A stretch of 64,000 bases of DNA from Thermodesulfobacteriota bacterium (GTDB taxonomy: Bacteria > Desulfobacterota_D > UBA1144). The translations under genes were made by a program, and so were the position numbers. This document shows, in pieces, positions 23,201 to 31,134 of the stretch. Numbering within the stretch: position 1 is the stretch's first letter; each line of letters begins with the position of its first letter. The notes beneath the pieces were generated by a model. That model searched no databases. It was given only the letters and a program-made list of their open reading frames with translations, and was not told the DNA's origin. The stretch covers positions 161,802 to 225,801 of the forward strand of contig JAYZEP010000006.1 in the NCBI GenBank assembly GCA_036337225.1, in the 5' to 3' direction.

Positions 23201-24734
23201 TAGGTTTCGACGACAAAGCAGATATAGGGGTATCATCCCCCATGGATCCAATTGGCTCTTTTCCTGTCAAACTCATTGGCTCTACTAACCTTTCTAAATC
23301 TTCTAAGGAATAGCCAAATACCTTTTGTAAAGTTAATATCTGATTCTCAGGTATATTGCAGGGGTTCTCTTTTGATGGATTTTGCGATGAGATTATATCG
23401 GATATTCTATGGAATTTCTCAGATGTCCACTTCTTATACTCAAAAGATTTGGAAAGATTATCTTTAATCTCGTTATCAAAGAGGAGGACTTTGCTTTGCG
23501 TGTCTACAGCTAAAATCTTTCCGGGTCCTACACGACCAGACCTAACTACTTCGCTTGGGGGGACATCAACTATACCTATCTCGGAACCTAAAATTATTAA
23601 ATTATCCTTTGTAATATGGTAACGAATTGGCCTTAAGCCGTTCCTATCAAGAGCTGCGCCAACATATCTTCCATCAGTAAATACAATTGCCGCAGGTCCA
23701 TCCCAGGGCTCAGTAATACATGAATTATATTCATAAAAAGACTCTAATTCGTCACTCACACTAGGGTCTTTTTCATACGCCTCAGGTATAAGCATGCAAA
23801 CGGATTGTAAGATATCTCTACCAGATAAAGTTAAAAGCTCTAATGCATTATCCAAATCAGAGGAATCACTTCCGTTAGGAGCAATAAAAGGTTTAATAGT
23901 ATCAATATCTTTACCCCATACTTTGGACTTAACAGAATTCTCTCTTGCCTTCATCCAATTTTTGTTCCCCATTAGAGTGTTAATTTCCCCATTATGTCCA
24001 ATCCGTCTATACGGATGTGCCAACTTCCAATCAGGAAAGGTGTTTGTACTATATCGCTGATGGAACACAGCTATGCTTGTCTTGAAATTTGGATTTCTCA
24101 AATCAAGATAAAATTGGTCAAGTTGATATGCTATCAACATGCCTTTGTAACAAATAGTTTTTGAGGAAAAAGAGCAACAATACAAATCTTGAATATCTTC
24201 TTCTAGAGCCTTATTGTCGATAATTTTTCTTGTTAAAAAAAGATCTCTTTCGAATTTATCCTGATTGGTGAACTTCTTAGGGGAAACAAAGAACTGGTAT
24301 ATGTCGGGAAGTACATCTAGAGCTTTTTGCCCTAAAACTGAAGGATTAATGGGGACTTCTCTAATCGCCAGAAGCGATAGCCCCTTTTTTGAGATACTAT
24401 TTTTAATTATCTCCAGACTTTCCTTATGATTAATTTCAGTTTTTTTGGGCATAAAGAACATGCCAACACCTAAATGTCCAAGGGGTATATCTTTGGTGGT
24501 GGATGACAAAAATTCATCAAAAAGCTCTAATGGTAATTGCGTCAAAAGGCCAGACCCATCGCCAGTCTTCTTATCACTGCCAGTAGCACCCCTATGGGTT
24601 AGGTTAATAACCGCTTGGATGGCCTTTTGTAGGACTTTATTTGTTCTTGTACCATCAATATCTGCAACAAAACCAACACCACAAGAATCATGTTCAAACT
24701 CTTTTTCGTACAATAACCTATTTTTTTTCATCAT
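20226..24734 (-). CDS. gltB: glutamate synthase large subunit
   Basis: 1502 aa. Ntn-amidotransferase Cys in HDSCGVGF, central FMN/3Fe-4S region and a C-terminal beta-helix domain. No small subunit gene is adjacent. Confidence 0.95.
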   Translation of the reverse strand: MMKKNRLLYEKEFEHDSCGVGFVADIDGTRTNKVLQKAIQAVINLTHRGATGSDKKTGDGSGLLTQLPLELFDEFLSSTTKDIPLGHLGVGMFFMPKKTEINHKESLEIIKNSISKKGLSLLAIREVPINPSVLGQKALDVLPDIYQFFVSPKKFTNQDKFERDLFLTRKIIDNKALEEDIQDLYCCSFSSKTICYKGMLIAYQLDQFYLDLRNPNFKTSIAVFHQRYSTNTFPDWKLAHPYRRIGHNGEINTLMGNKNWMKARENSVKSKVWGKDIDTIKPFIAPNGSDSSDLDNALELLTLSGRDILQSVCMLIPEAYEKDPSVSDELESFYEYNSCITEPWDGPAAIVFTDGRYVGAALDRNGLRPIRYHITKDNLIILGSEIGIVDVPPSEVVRSGRVGPGKILAVDTQSKVLLFDNEIKDNLSKSFEYKKWTSEKFHRISDIISSQNPSKENPCNIPENQILTLQKVFGYSLEDLERLVEPMSLTGKEPIGSMGDDTPISALSSKPKSVFSYFKQRFAQVTNPPIDPYREESVMSLRVLMGNKTNFFDSINSKEEFFYFDSPIITDKEANWIRTLKSKKFRTSIIDTLFSVSKKNDLKSSLEKIVKKSIKEVDKGSKVLLLSDKKISKTKAPIPIMLAVSAIHHELISQGKRMKVSIVVESGEVREDHQVCCLLGYGASCVNPYLAFASVEDWMKKFGEDTGDSLSSYKLALERGVLKVMSKMGISTVASYTGSQIFEIVGIDTETTNTYFPGTVSRIGGVSISNFETDTLIFHSNAFETKTEERLKEEGIYRFRKDGEYHLFNPLIFKAIRKVSQTSSYDDYKNFVSLHENRSPSMIRDLFEFESLGEVPIDEVEKVEDILKRFRTGAMSHGALSTEAHEAVAIAANKIGGKSNSGEGGENSNRFTRDEDGSWRNSAIKQVASGRFGVTPEYLASAEVIEIKMAQGAKPGEGGQIPGPKVSEEIAAQRFSIPGVGLISPPPHHDIYSIEDLAQLIYDLKHANTSARVSVKLVSEVGVGTVAAGVAKGYADYVQISGSEGGTGASPLGSIKHAGIPWEMGLAETQQVLVMNDLRGRVGLSVDGGFQRGFDIVVAAILGADEYGFGTSVLVALGCVMARQCHLNTCPVGIASQKPELREKFPGVPDEAVNFLYAVANDVREILSKIGVRSIDEIIGRTELIKIKSNIDFQKTDNIDLSKLIADPDPSNTKPRKRILSRNDRDEEPIDYKIIDVCESSIDKLEKKSIDLPIRNTDRTVGAILSGAIAKKYGNRGLPAETIKVNFKGVAGQSFGGYLINGVSVSLEGEANDYVGKSMHGGEIVIYPYRESNYLTEGNSIVGNTVLYGATGGRFYAAGYAGERFCVRNSGAVAVVEGVGDHACEYMTGGEVYIFGPVGKNLGAGMSGGLAYILVENEKIDHQINQDMVFIEKVNSKDIKKIENSLSKHYSLTRSKKAGRILDNFEDFKSKFIKIVPREIFNLLESKGISIDDFDFINPKLN

Positions 24735-24790
24735 TTCCTACAAATTTCAAGTAGAAAGTATTATATAGCTGTGCCATGTAACTATCAAAT

Positions 24791-25390
24791 TCAATACCTT
24801 TTAAAAATTAGTGATATCCATGGTTTCCGTATGAATTTTGAATATAAAGCTAATTGGTTTTGATTTCCAAGGTCGGTAAACTTTTTTTCCTTTTCACAGT
24901 TGAAACCTGAAATAACAAGGTGTCCATTTGGCTTAACTAGATTTGAGATTGTTTTAAGATTTTCAGGTATAAAATTGCCAGAAATATTCGCCGCGACTAA
25001 ATCAAATTCATATTCTAATAGGTGAATCTCTTCATCTGTTAAAGACACGGCCATGGGGAAATGTCCAAAATTCGATATAATATTCTGTCTTGCTTCGGTC
25101 AATACATACGGATCAATATCAATTGATTTTATTGTTTTATACTTCAGTTTTAATAGAAGGATGGTGACAATGCCCGACCCACAGCCTATATCTAATGCGG
25201 TCGAATCTTTTTCTTTGTTTTTATCAATCGACATTATGGCATCAATAGTTAATTTCGTAGTTAGATGATTCGAACCAAATGACGACCCTTTATTGAGGAA
25301 GATCCTTATTGCCTCTTTAGAGTCTGTTGAATTAATTGTAACTTCTAAATCTTTTAATCGTTCTTCAATATAAGGTTCAAAGGTTTTCAT
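24791..25390 (-). CDS. PrmA-family SAM-dependent methyltransferase (catalytic domain only)
   Basis: 199 aa. FGSNHLTTKL, SAM motif I LDIGCGSGI, DIDP, and ANI. Matches the PrmA C-terminal domain but lacks the roughly 90-aa N-terminal domain. Confidence 0.7.
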   Translation of the reverse strand: MKTFEPYIEERLKDLEVTINSTDSKEAIRIFLNKGSSFGSNHLTTKLTIDAIMSIDKNKEKDSTALDIGCGSGIVTILLLKLKYKTIKSIDIDPYVLTEARQNIISNFGHFPMAVSLTDEEIHLLEYEFDLVAANISGNFIPENLKTISNLVKPNGHLVISGFNCEKEKKFTDLGNQNQLALYSKFIRKPWISLIFKRY

Positions 25391-25424
25391 ATATTTAAAA
25401 TTACATTAATATAATATTTTGAGA

Positions 25425-26219
25425 ATGAAAAACAATATTCCGATAGTATTGAGCATAGCTGGATCAGATTCGGGTGGTGGCGCAGGAATCCAGGCTGATA
25501 TAAAAACGCTAAATACAATGAAAGTTTTTGCTGTAACTGCAATTACGTGTATAACAGCTCAAAACACTAAAAAAATAAGGAAAATCAGCAAGGTTTCCCC
25601 AAATCTTGTTGAAGAACAAATATTATCAGTTAAAGAAGATTTTAAAATATCAGCTGTAAAGATAGGGATGCTATATGATAAAGAGATAATGCTAAAAGTA
25701 AGCAAGTGTATAAACTTGCTTAAGAATATACCAATAATAGTTGATCCTGTAATGATATCTAAATCGGGTGATTACTTATTAAAACCTTCAGCAATAAACT
25801 TTTTCAAAAAGGAAATTCTGCCTAAGGCATGGTTGGTAACACCCAATTTGCACGAAGCATTAAATTTATCCGGTATGCAAGTCATCGAAGATGAAAAAGA
25901 TATTAAAAATTGCTGCATAAAATTAAACAAGTTTGGGGCAGAGAATATTTTAATTAAAGGTGGCCATTTAAAGCATACAAAAGAGGCCGTAGATTATTTA
26001 TTTCATAATAACAAAATATATAAATTTACTTCAAGTAGGTATAACACAAAGAATACACACGGTACGGGATGTACCCTATCCGCTGCAATTTCTGGTAATA
26101 TAGCTAAAGGTATGCATTTAATTAAGGCAATAAAAGAGGCTAAAAAATTTGTCGATAAGGCAATAAAAAATTCGCTAAAAATTGGCAGTGGCCATGGTCC
26201 ACTGAATCATTTTCCATAA
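25425..26219 (+). CDS. thiD: hydroxymethylpyrimidine/phosphomethylpyrimidine kinase
   Basis: SIAGSDSGGGAGIQADIKT and the GTGCTLSAAI anion hole. ATG at 25425 preferred over the track's TTG at 25419. Confidence 0.9.
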   Translation: MKNNIPIVLSIAGSDSGGGAGIQADIKTLNTMKVFAVTAITCITAQNTKKIRKISKVSPNLVEEQILSVKEDFKISAVKIGMLYDKEIMLKVSKCINLLKNIPIIVDPVMISKSGDYLLKPSAINFFKKEILPKAWLVTPNLHEALNLSGMQVIEDEKDIKNCCIKLNKFGAENILIKGGHLKHTKEAVDYLFHNNKIYKFTSSRYNTKNTHGTGCTLSAAISGNIAKGMHLIKAIKEAKKFVDKAIKNSLKIGSGHGPLNHFP

Positions 26220-26229
26220 GGAGATAGAA

Positions 26230-27084
26230 ATGAGCTACGAATTAATAGACGGGAAATTAGTTGCACGTAAAATAAGGGAAGAAATCAAAGACCGAGTTGC
26301 GGAGATTAAGAGTAAGCACTCAAGAATTCCCGGACTTGCAGCAATCCTTGTTGGAGATGACCCCGCCTCAGAGATATATGTTAGAAACAAGAGGAAGGCA
26401 TGTGAAGATGTTGGAATATATTCAGAAGAGCATAAACTTTCGGGCGATATAGCACAGGAAGATTTGCTAAAATTAATTAATCGTCTTAATGGTGATGAGA
26501 ACATTAATGGAATTTTAGTTCAGCTTCCCTTACCAGAACACATTGATGACTCTACGGTTTTAAACTCAGTCTCACCAGAAAAAGATGTTGACGGATTTCA
26601 TCCCATTAATGCAGGTCTTTTATTCGAGGGCAAACCCAGATTTATTGCTTGTACACCTCATGGAATAATCAAAATGCTAGAATTCTACGATATAGATATT
26701 GAGGGGAAAAATGCAGTCGTTTTAGGAAGAAGCAATATCGTGGGCAAACCAGCTGCTATGTTACTTCTTCAAAAAAATGCAACTGTTACAATTTGTCATT
26801 CAAGAACAAGAAAGTTGGATGCGGTTTTAAAATCAGCCGATTTGATAGTTGCTGCTATAGGAAGGGCTCATTTTGTTACAAGGAAGATGGTAAAAAAGGG
26901 TTCTATAATTATTGATGTAGGAATCAATAGGCTTGACGATGGAAAATTGGTGGGTGATGTAGATTTTGAAAATGTAAAAGATATCTCAAGCTATATAACG
27001 CCAGTACCAGGAGGCGTAGGACCAATGACGATAACCATGCTTTTGTGGAATACAGTAGTATCTCTAGAACAATCAGTTAGTTAA
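26230..27084 (+). CDS. folD: bifunctional methylenetetrahydrofolate dehydrogenase/cyclohydrolase
   Basis: 284 aa. VGDDPASEIYVRNKRKA, GILVQLPLP, and PVPGGVGPMT. Confidence 0.95.
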   Translation: MSYELIDGKLVARKIREEIKDRVAEIKSKHSRIPGLAAILVGDDPASEIYVRNKRKACEDVGIYSEEHKLSGDIAQEDLLKLINRLNGDENINGILVQLPLPEHIDDSTVLNSVSPEKDVDGFHPINAGLLFEGKPRFIACTPHGIIKMLEFYDIDIEGKNAVVLGRSNIVGKPAAMLLLQKNATVTICHSRTRKLDAVLKSADLIVAAIGRAHFVTRKMVKKGSIIIDVGINRLDDGKLVGDVDFENVKDISSYITPVPGGVGPMTITMLLWNTVVSLEQSVS

Positions 27085-27405
27085 ATGCTTCACAATATAG
27101 TTACCATCTTTATCGTTCCCATCAAAAAGTAACCTAACCGATGGATGACTGAATGGCTCTCTGGAATAATCACGTTCTAAATTCTGTTGAGAAACGTACG
27201 CAATATAAGTAGTTTTGTCATCATTTTCCGCCAAAAGATGATAAAAGGGTTGATCTTTGTCTGGTCGTCTATCTTCAGGAATTCTTAGATACCATTCTTC
27301 CGTATTGTTAAAAACAGGGTCCACATCGAAAATGATTCCCCTAAAGAAGAATTTCTTATGTTTTACAACTTGCCCTAGTTTAAATTTAGCCACATCTTTG
27401 ACCAT
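27073..27405 (-). CDS. hspQ: heat shock protein HspQ (YccV-like hemimethylated-DNA-binding domain)
   Basis: 110 aa. FKLGQVVKHKKFFFRGIIFDVDPVF and PFYHLL resemble HspQ/YccV. Confidence 0.8.
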   Translation of the reverse strand: MVKDVAKFKLGQVVKHKKFFFRGIIFDVDPVFNNTEEWYLRIPEDRRPDKDQPFYHLLAENDDKTTYIAYVSQQNLERDYSREPFSHPSVRLLFDGNDKDGNYIVKHLTN

Positions 27406-27423
27406 GAGAAAAAGGATAGCTTC

Positions 27424-27924
27424 TCACTGTATTTTTTCAATACCAACATTTTCTAGTTTAGAAATTTTCTGATTCAATAAATTTTTAGAGATTTCCATCA
27501 AAGATTTGTTGAGAATAGGGTGTACAAATCCAGGGTTTAAATCCATGATGGGGAAAATAACAAACGCTCTTTTATGGGCTCTTGGATGTGGGACTTGAAT
27601 TTGAATCTCGTCCAAAATTATAGAGTTATAAAATATAATATCTATATCTATTATTCGTGGCTTGTTCGACTCGAATAGGATCCTACCCATTTCGCTTTCT
27701 ATTTTTTTTAACTTATGAATAAGTTCTAGTGGGGCAAAATTTGTCTGTACTTCGATGGCAATGTTAAGAAAATCATCCTGCTTAGGAACATTGAAAGGCT
27801 CGGTCTTGTAAACACTCGATATGGAGTTAATTGTCATAATATCACTAAGACGAGAGATGACATTTTTAAGGTTTTCTACCTTGTTTCCAAGATTTGTCCC
27901 GATTGACAGATAAACTAGATTCAT
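27424..27924 (-). CDS. folK: 2-amino-4-hydroxy-6-hydroxymethyldihydropteridine pyrophosphokinase
   Basis: 166 aa. YLSIGTNLGN, RIIDIDII, and VPHPRAHKRAFV. Confidence 0.9.
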   Translation of the reverse strand: MNLVYLSIGTNLGNKVENLKNVISRLSDIMTINSISSVYKTEPFNVPKQDDFLNIAIEVQTNFAPLELIHKLKKIESEMGRILFESNKPRIIDIDIIFYNSIILDEIQIQVPHPRAHKRAFVIFPIMDLNPGFVHPILNKSLMEISKNLLNQKISKLENVGIEKIQ

Positions 27925-27981
27925 TGTTTTATTGTAATTTATTTTTTTGACTTGTTAATTGTTTCTGTTTATCTTCACATT

Positions 27982-28260
27982 ATGGCTCGGAAATTAAAAA
28001 AACTCTCAATCACTGAAACAAAAAAATTAGCTCCGACATGGAGCATAAAAAGAAATCAACTATATAAGAAGTTTATTTTTTCAAACTTTTCGGATGCTAT
28101 GGCATTTATGGTTCAAATCGGGATAGAAGCTGAAAAGCTTGATCATCATCCAACAATAAATAACACGTATAATAGAGTGGAGATTTATTTATCTACGCAC
28201 GACGTTGGCGCTATTACAAAGCTAGATATAAAATTGGCTGACAACATAGATAATCTTTAA
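27982..28260 (+). CDS. phhB: pterin-4-alpha-carbinolamine dehydratase
   Basis: LDHHPTINNTYNRVEIYLSTH motif. ATG at 27982 (MARKLKKLS) preferred over the track's upstream start at 27952. Confidence 0.85.
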   Translation: MARKLKKLSITETKKLAPTWSIKRNQLYKKFIFSNFSDAMAFMVQIGIEAEKLDHHPTINNTYNRVEIYLSTHDVGAITKLDIKLADNIDNL

Positions 28261-28469
28261 GTAATTTTATGATTGTCATCATCAACATCAACATCGATTA
28301 TTTCATCATCAACTTGGCGGTTTTTCTTAACAACCAATTTTCTATATGTTCTAAAAAGAAAATATATTAGTAGTAAAACTCCGAAGCCAATACCAAAAAC
28401 AATAAAAAGCGCTACCAATATAACTGCGCTTAATACAGAAGAAATAGTTAGTTTTAGATTCTTCATCAT
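28257..28469 (-). CDS. 70-aa membrane protein with acidic tail, coupled to secA
   Basis: MMKNLKLTISSVLSAVILVALFIVFGIGFGVLLLIYFLF then RTYRKLVVKKNRQVDDEIIDVDVDDDNHKIT. The ATG overlaps the secA TGA (ATGA). No family recognised. Confidence 0.5.
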   Translation of the reverse strand: MMKNLKLTISSVLSAVILVALFIVFGIGFGVLLLIYFLFRTYRKLVVKKNRQVDDEIIDVDVDDDNHKIT

Positions 28470-31111
28470 TTTCTTTGTTTTCGCTTTTGCTGCCTTTTCT
28501 GTTTTCTCAGTTTTCTTCTTTTTGCCTTTTCCTTTCCCGCAACTACCTTGTTCAGATTGTTTTTGGGAGTTTTGTCATCCTTTGGCTCCTCACCGTCAGA
28601 ATCTATTATCGGAGTATTATCTGAATAGTTTACTTTATCTGTCTGATTTTTCTCTCTTTCAAGCTCATCAATTTCCTCAGATGAAATAGGTTCCACTTCA
28701 AAGAATCTTTTTAGTGCTTCGAAATTGAATCCCTCCAGCATTGTTTGAAACATTTCAAATCCTTCTCTTTTGTATTCGTCTAATGGTCTCTTTTGTCCAT
28801 AAGCCCTCAGACCAACACTGTCCCGAAGATAATCCATATTAAGCAAGTGGTCTTTCCATGCCATATCCAGAGTGGTTATTAAAATAAATTTCGATATCGG
28901 TTGATACAAAGTGGCAAGAGAGGATATTTTTTCTTCAATTTTATTTTGTATTTTTTCTTCAAGTACATCTAGGGTATCGAAATCGTCTTGAAGGTCAAAA
29001 GCAAGTTGATTTCTAATAGACTCTTTATCAATATCGGATAATGTTGTTGATTCCTGAACATTGCTTCGCAAGCTTTCAAGTATCTTTTCCAGAATATCAT
29101 CCAGAATCTCAGAGGAGGCCTCCTCCTTTAAAAGTTTATTTCTAATACCGTAAACAACATCTCGTTGTTGACTTTGAACATCATCGTATTCAATCAAGTG
29201 TTTCCTAATCTCGTAGTTTCTGGTCTCGACCTTTTTTTGAGCACCTTCTAACGAACCCGTAATCATTTTGTGCTCTATCGGCTCACCTTCTTTCCAGCCT
29301 AATTTTGTCATCATAGAAGCCATCTTTTCTGATCCAAAAAGTCTCATTAAATCATCATCCATCGATACAAAGAATTGGCTAATACCTGGATCGCCCTGTC
29401 TCCCGGATCTACCTCGTAATTGGTTATCAATTCGTCTTGATTCATGTCTTTCACTACCTAACACTACAAGGCCACCAATACTCAAGATTTTTTCTTTCTC
29501 CAAATCCATTTCATTGGCTATCTTATCTTTATCATTTGAATCAACATCGTCCCCTAGGATGAAATCTTTATTCCCACCTAGGACGATATCGGTCCCCCTG
29601 CCAGCCATATTTGTGGCTATTGTTACGGAACCAACCCTTCCAGCTTGCGCTACAATTTTGGCTTCGGACTCATGGTTTTTTGCGTTTAACACTTGGTGGT
29701 AAACACCTCTTTGCTTTAGCTCCTTACTTAATTGTTCCGACTTTTCAACCGATATAGTTCCAACCAGCATTGGGTTACCTTTCGTATTAAATTCAACTAT
29801 AGTTTCAATTATCGCTGCAAATTTTTCTTTTTGAGTTCTATAAATTAAATCATTCAGATCGTTTCTAATCATTGGCGCATTCGTAGGTATTACTACAACT
29901 TTGAGATTGTAGATATTCTGAAACTCAAGAGCTTCAGTATCAGCAGTTCCTGTCATACCAGATAATTTTTTATACATACGAAAATAATTTTGTATAGTGA
30001 TTGATGCAAGAGTTTGATTTTCTTCCTCTACTTCAACATTTTCTTTTGTCTCAATAGCTTGGTGTAGTCCATCGCTCCACCTCCGACTTGGCATTAATCT
30101 CCCAGTAAATTCATCAACAATAATAATTTTATTATCTTGAACCACATATTCCGTATCTCTTTCGAACATATGTAAAGCTCTTAGGGCCTGATTCGTAGAA
30201 TGTAAAATCGCAAGATTTGCTGGATCATAAAGATTGGTTAGATTAAGAGATTTCTCAATTTTCTCAACTCCTGAATCCAAAATATAAACATGCTTTGTTT
30301 TTTCGTCTTTGGAAATATCATCCAAACTTAAGCTTTTTGCTACTTGATTAAGTTTTTTATAATCAATGGATGAGGTATCACTTGGTCCAGATATTATTAA
30401 AGGCGTCCTGGCCTCATCAATCAATATGCTATCAACTTCATCTACGATAGCAAAGTGATGTCCTCTTTGTGTAACTTCTTCAGACGAATACTTCATGTTG
30501 TCTCTTAAATAATCAAATCCAAATTCGCTATTAGTTCCGTATACAACATCACATTCATAAGCTTCCTGTCTTTTTGATTCAACTAGAATAAATTCATTGC
30601 TACCCTGATTTAAACCAACCGTATAAGATACATCATTATTTAATACGCCAACCTTGAGGCCAAGCGTCACATAAATCGGTGACATCCATAAGGCATCTCT
30701 TCTTGCTAGGTAATCATTGACAGTTATTAAGTGAACACCATTGCCTGTAATAGAATTGAGGACCACAGGCATGCATGCGACTAGTGTTTTACCCTCACCC
30801 GTTTTCATCTCTGCAATCCTTCCCTCATGGAGCACAACTCCTCCAATTAATTGGACATCGTACGGTCTTAAGCCAAGTTTTCTTTTGGAAATTTCTCTAA
30901 CAATAGCAAAGACATCAGGAATTAGTGAATTAAGATTCTCATCATTAGATTCATCATTCTTAAAATTAAGAAATATATTTTTTAGTTCTTCTATGTCTTC
31001 TTTGGAATACTTTTCTTCTAGTCCATTAATATTATCTACAAGTTTGGTAATCCTAGATATTTCTCTCTCGTTGTCAGAGCCGAATATTTTTTTTATTATA
31101 TTTTTTAACAT
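28466..31111 (-). CDS. secA: preprotein translocase ATPase SecA
   Basis: 881 aa. MKTGEGKTLVA Walker A, DEVDSILIDEARTPLIISG, and TNMAGRGTDI. The C-terminus is a polybasic tail with no Cys or His. Confidence 0.97.
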   Translation of the reverse strand: MLKNIIKKIFGSDNEREISRITKLVDNINGLEEKYSKEDIEELKNIFLNFKNDESNDENLNSLIPDVFAIVREISKRKLGLRPYDVQLIGGVVLHEGRIAEMKTGEGKTLVACMPVVLNSITGNGVHLITVNDYLARRDALWMSPIYVTLGLKVGVLNNDVSYTVGLNQGSNEFILVESKRQEAYECDVVYGTNSEFGFDYLRDNMKYSSEEVTQRGHHFAIVDEVDSILIDEARTPLIISGPSDTSSIDYKKLNQVAKSLSLDDISKDEKTKHVYILDSGVEKIEKSLNLTNLYDPANLAILHSTNQALRALHMFERDTEYVVQDNKIIIVDEFTGRLMPSRRWSDGLHQAIETKENVEVEEENQTLASITIQNYFRMYKKLSGMTGTADTEALEFQNIYNLKVVVIPTNAPMIRNDLNDLIYRTQKEKFAAIIETIVEFNTKGNPMLVGTISVEKSEQLSKELKQRGVYHQVLNAKNHESEAKIVAQAGRVGSVTIATNMAGRGTDIVLGGNKDFILGDDVDSNDKDKIANEMDLEKEKILSIGGLVVLGSERHESRRIDNQLRGRSGRQGDPGISQFFVSMDDDLMRLFGSEKMASMMTKLGWKEGEPIEHKMITGSLEGAQKKVETRNYEIRKHLIEYDDVQSQQRDVVYGIRNKLLKEEASSEILDDILEKILESLRSNVQESTTLSDIDKESIRNQLAFDLQDDFDTLDVLEEKIQNKIEEKISSLATLYQPISKFILITTLDMAWKDHLLNMDYLRDSVGLRAYGQKRPLDEYKREGFEMFQTMLEGFNFEALKRFFEVEPISSEEIDELEREKNQTDKVNYSDNTPIIDSDGEEPKDDKTPKNNLNKVVAGKEKAKRRKLRKQKRQQKRKQRK

Positions 31112-31134
31112 TACACCATAGAAAATTTAAAAAA

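Noticed and set aside
29268-29702. 144-aa plus-strand ORF inside secA. Similar long antisense ORFs occur at 28273-28689 (138 aa, secA tail), 15725-16129 (134 aa, carB), 43424-43807 (127 aa, aroC), 10404-10781 (125 aa, tpx) and 57820-58134 (104 aa, SirC-like gene).
   Set aside because: All lie entirely within, and antisense to, confidently identified conserved genes. Their translations are low-complexity (Ser/Pro/Ile/Leu/Phe-rich) with no recognisable motifs. This is typical of shadow ORFs opposite strongly codon-biased genes.
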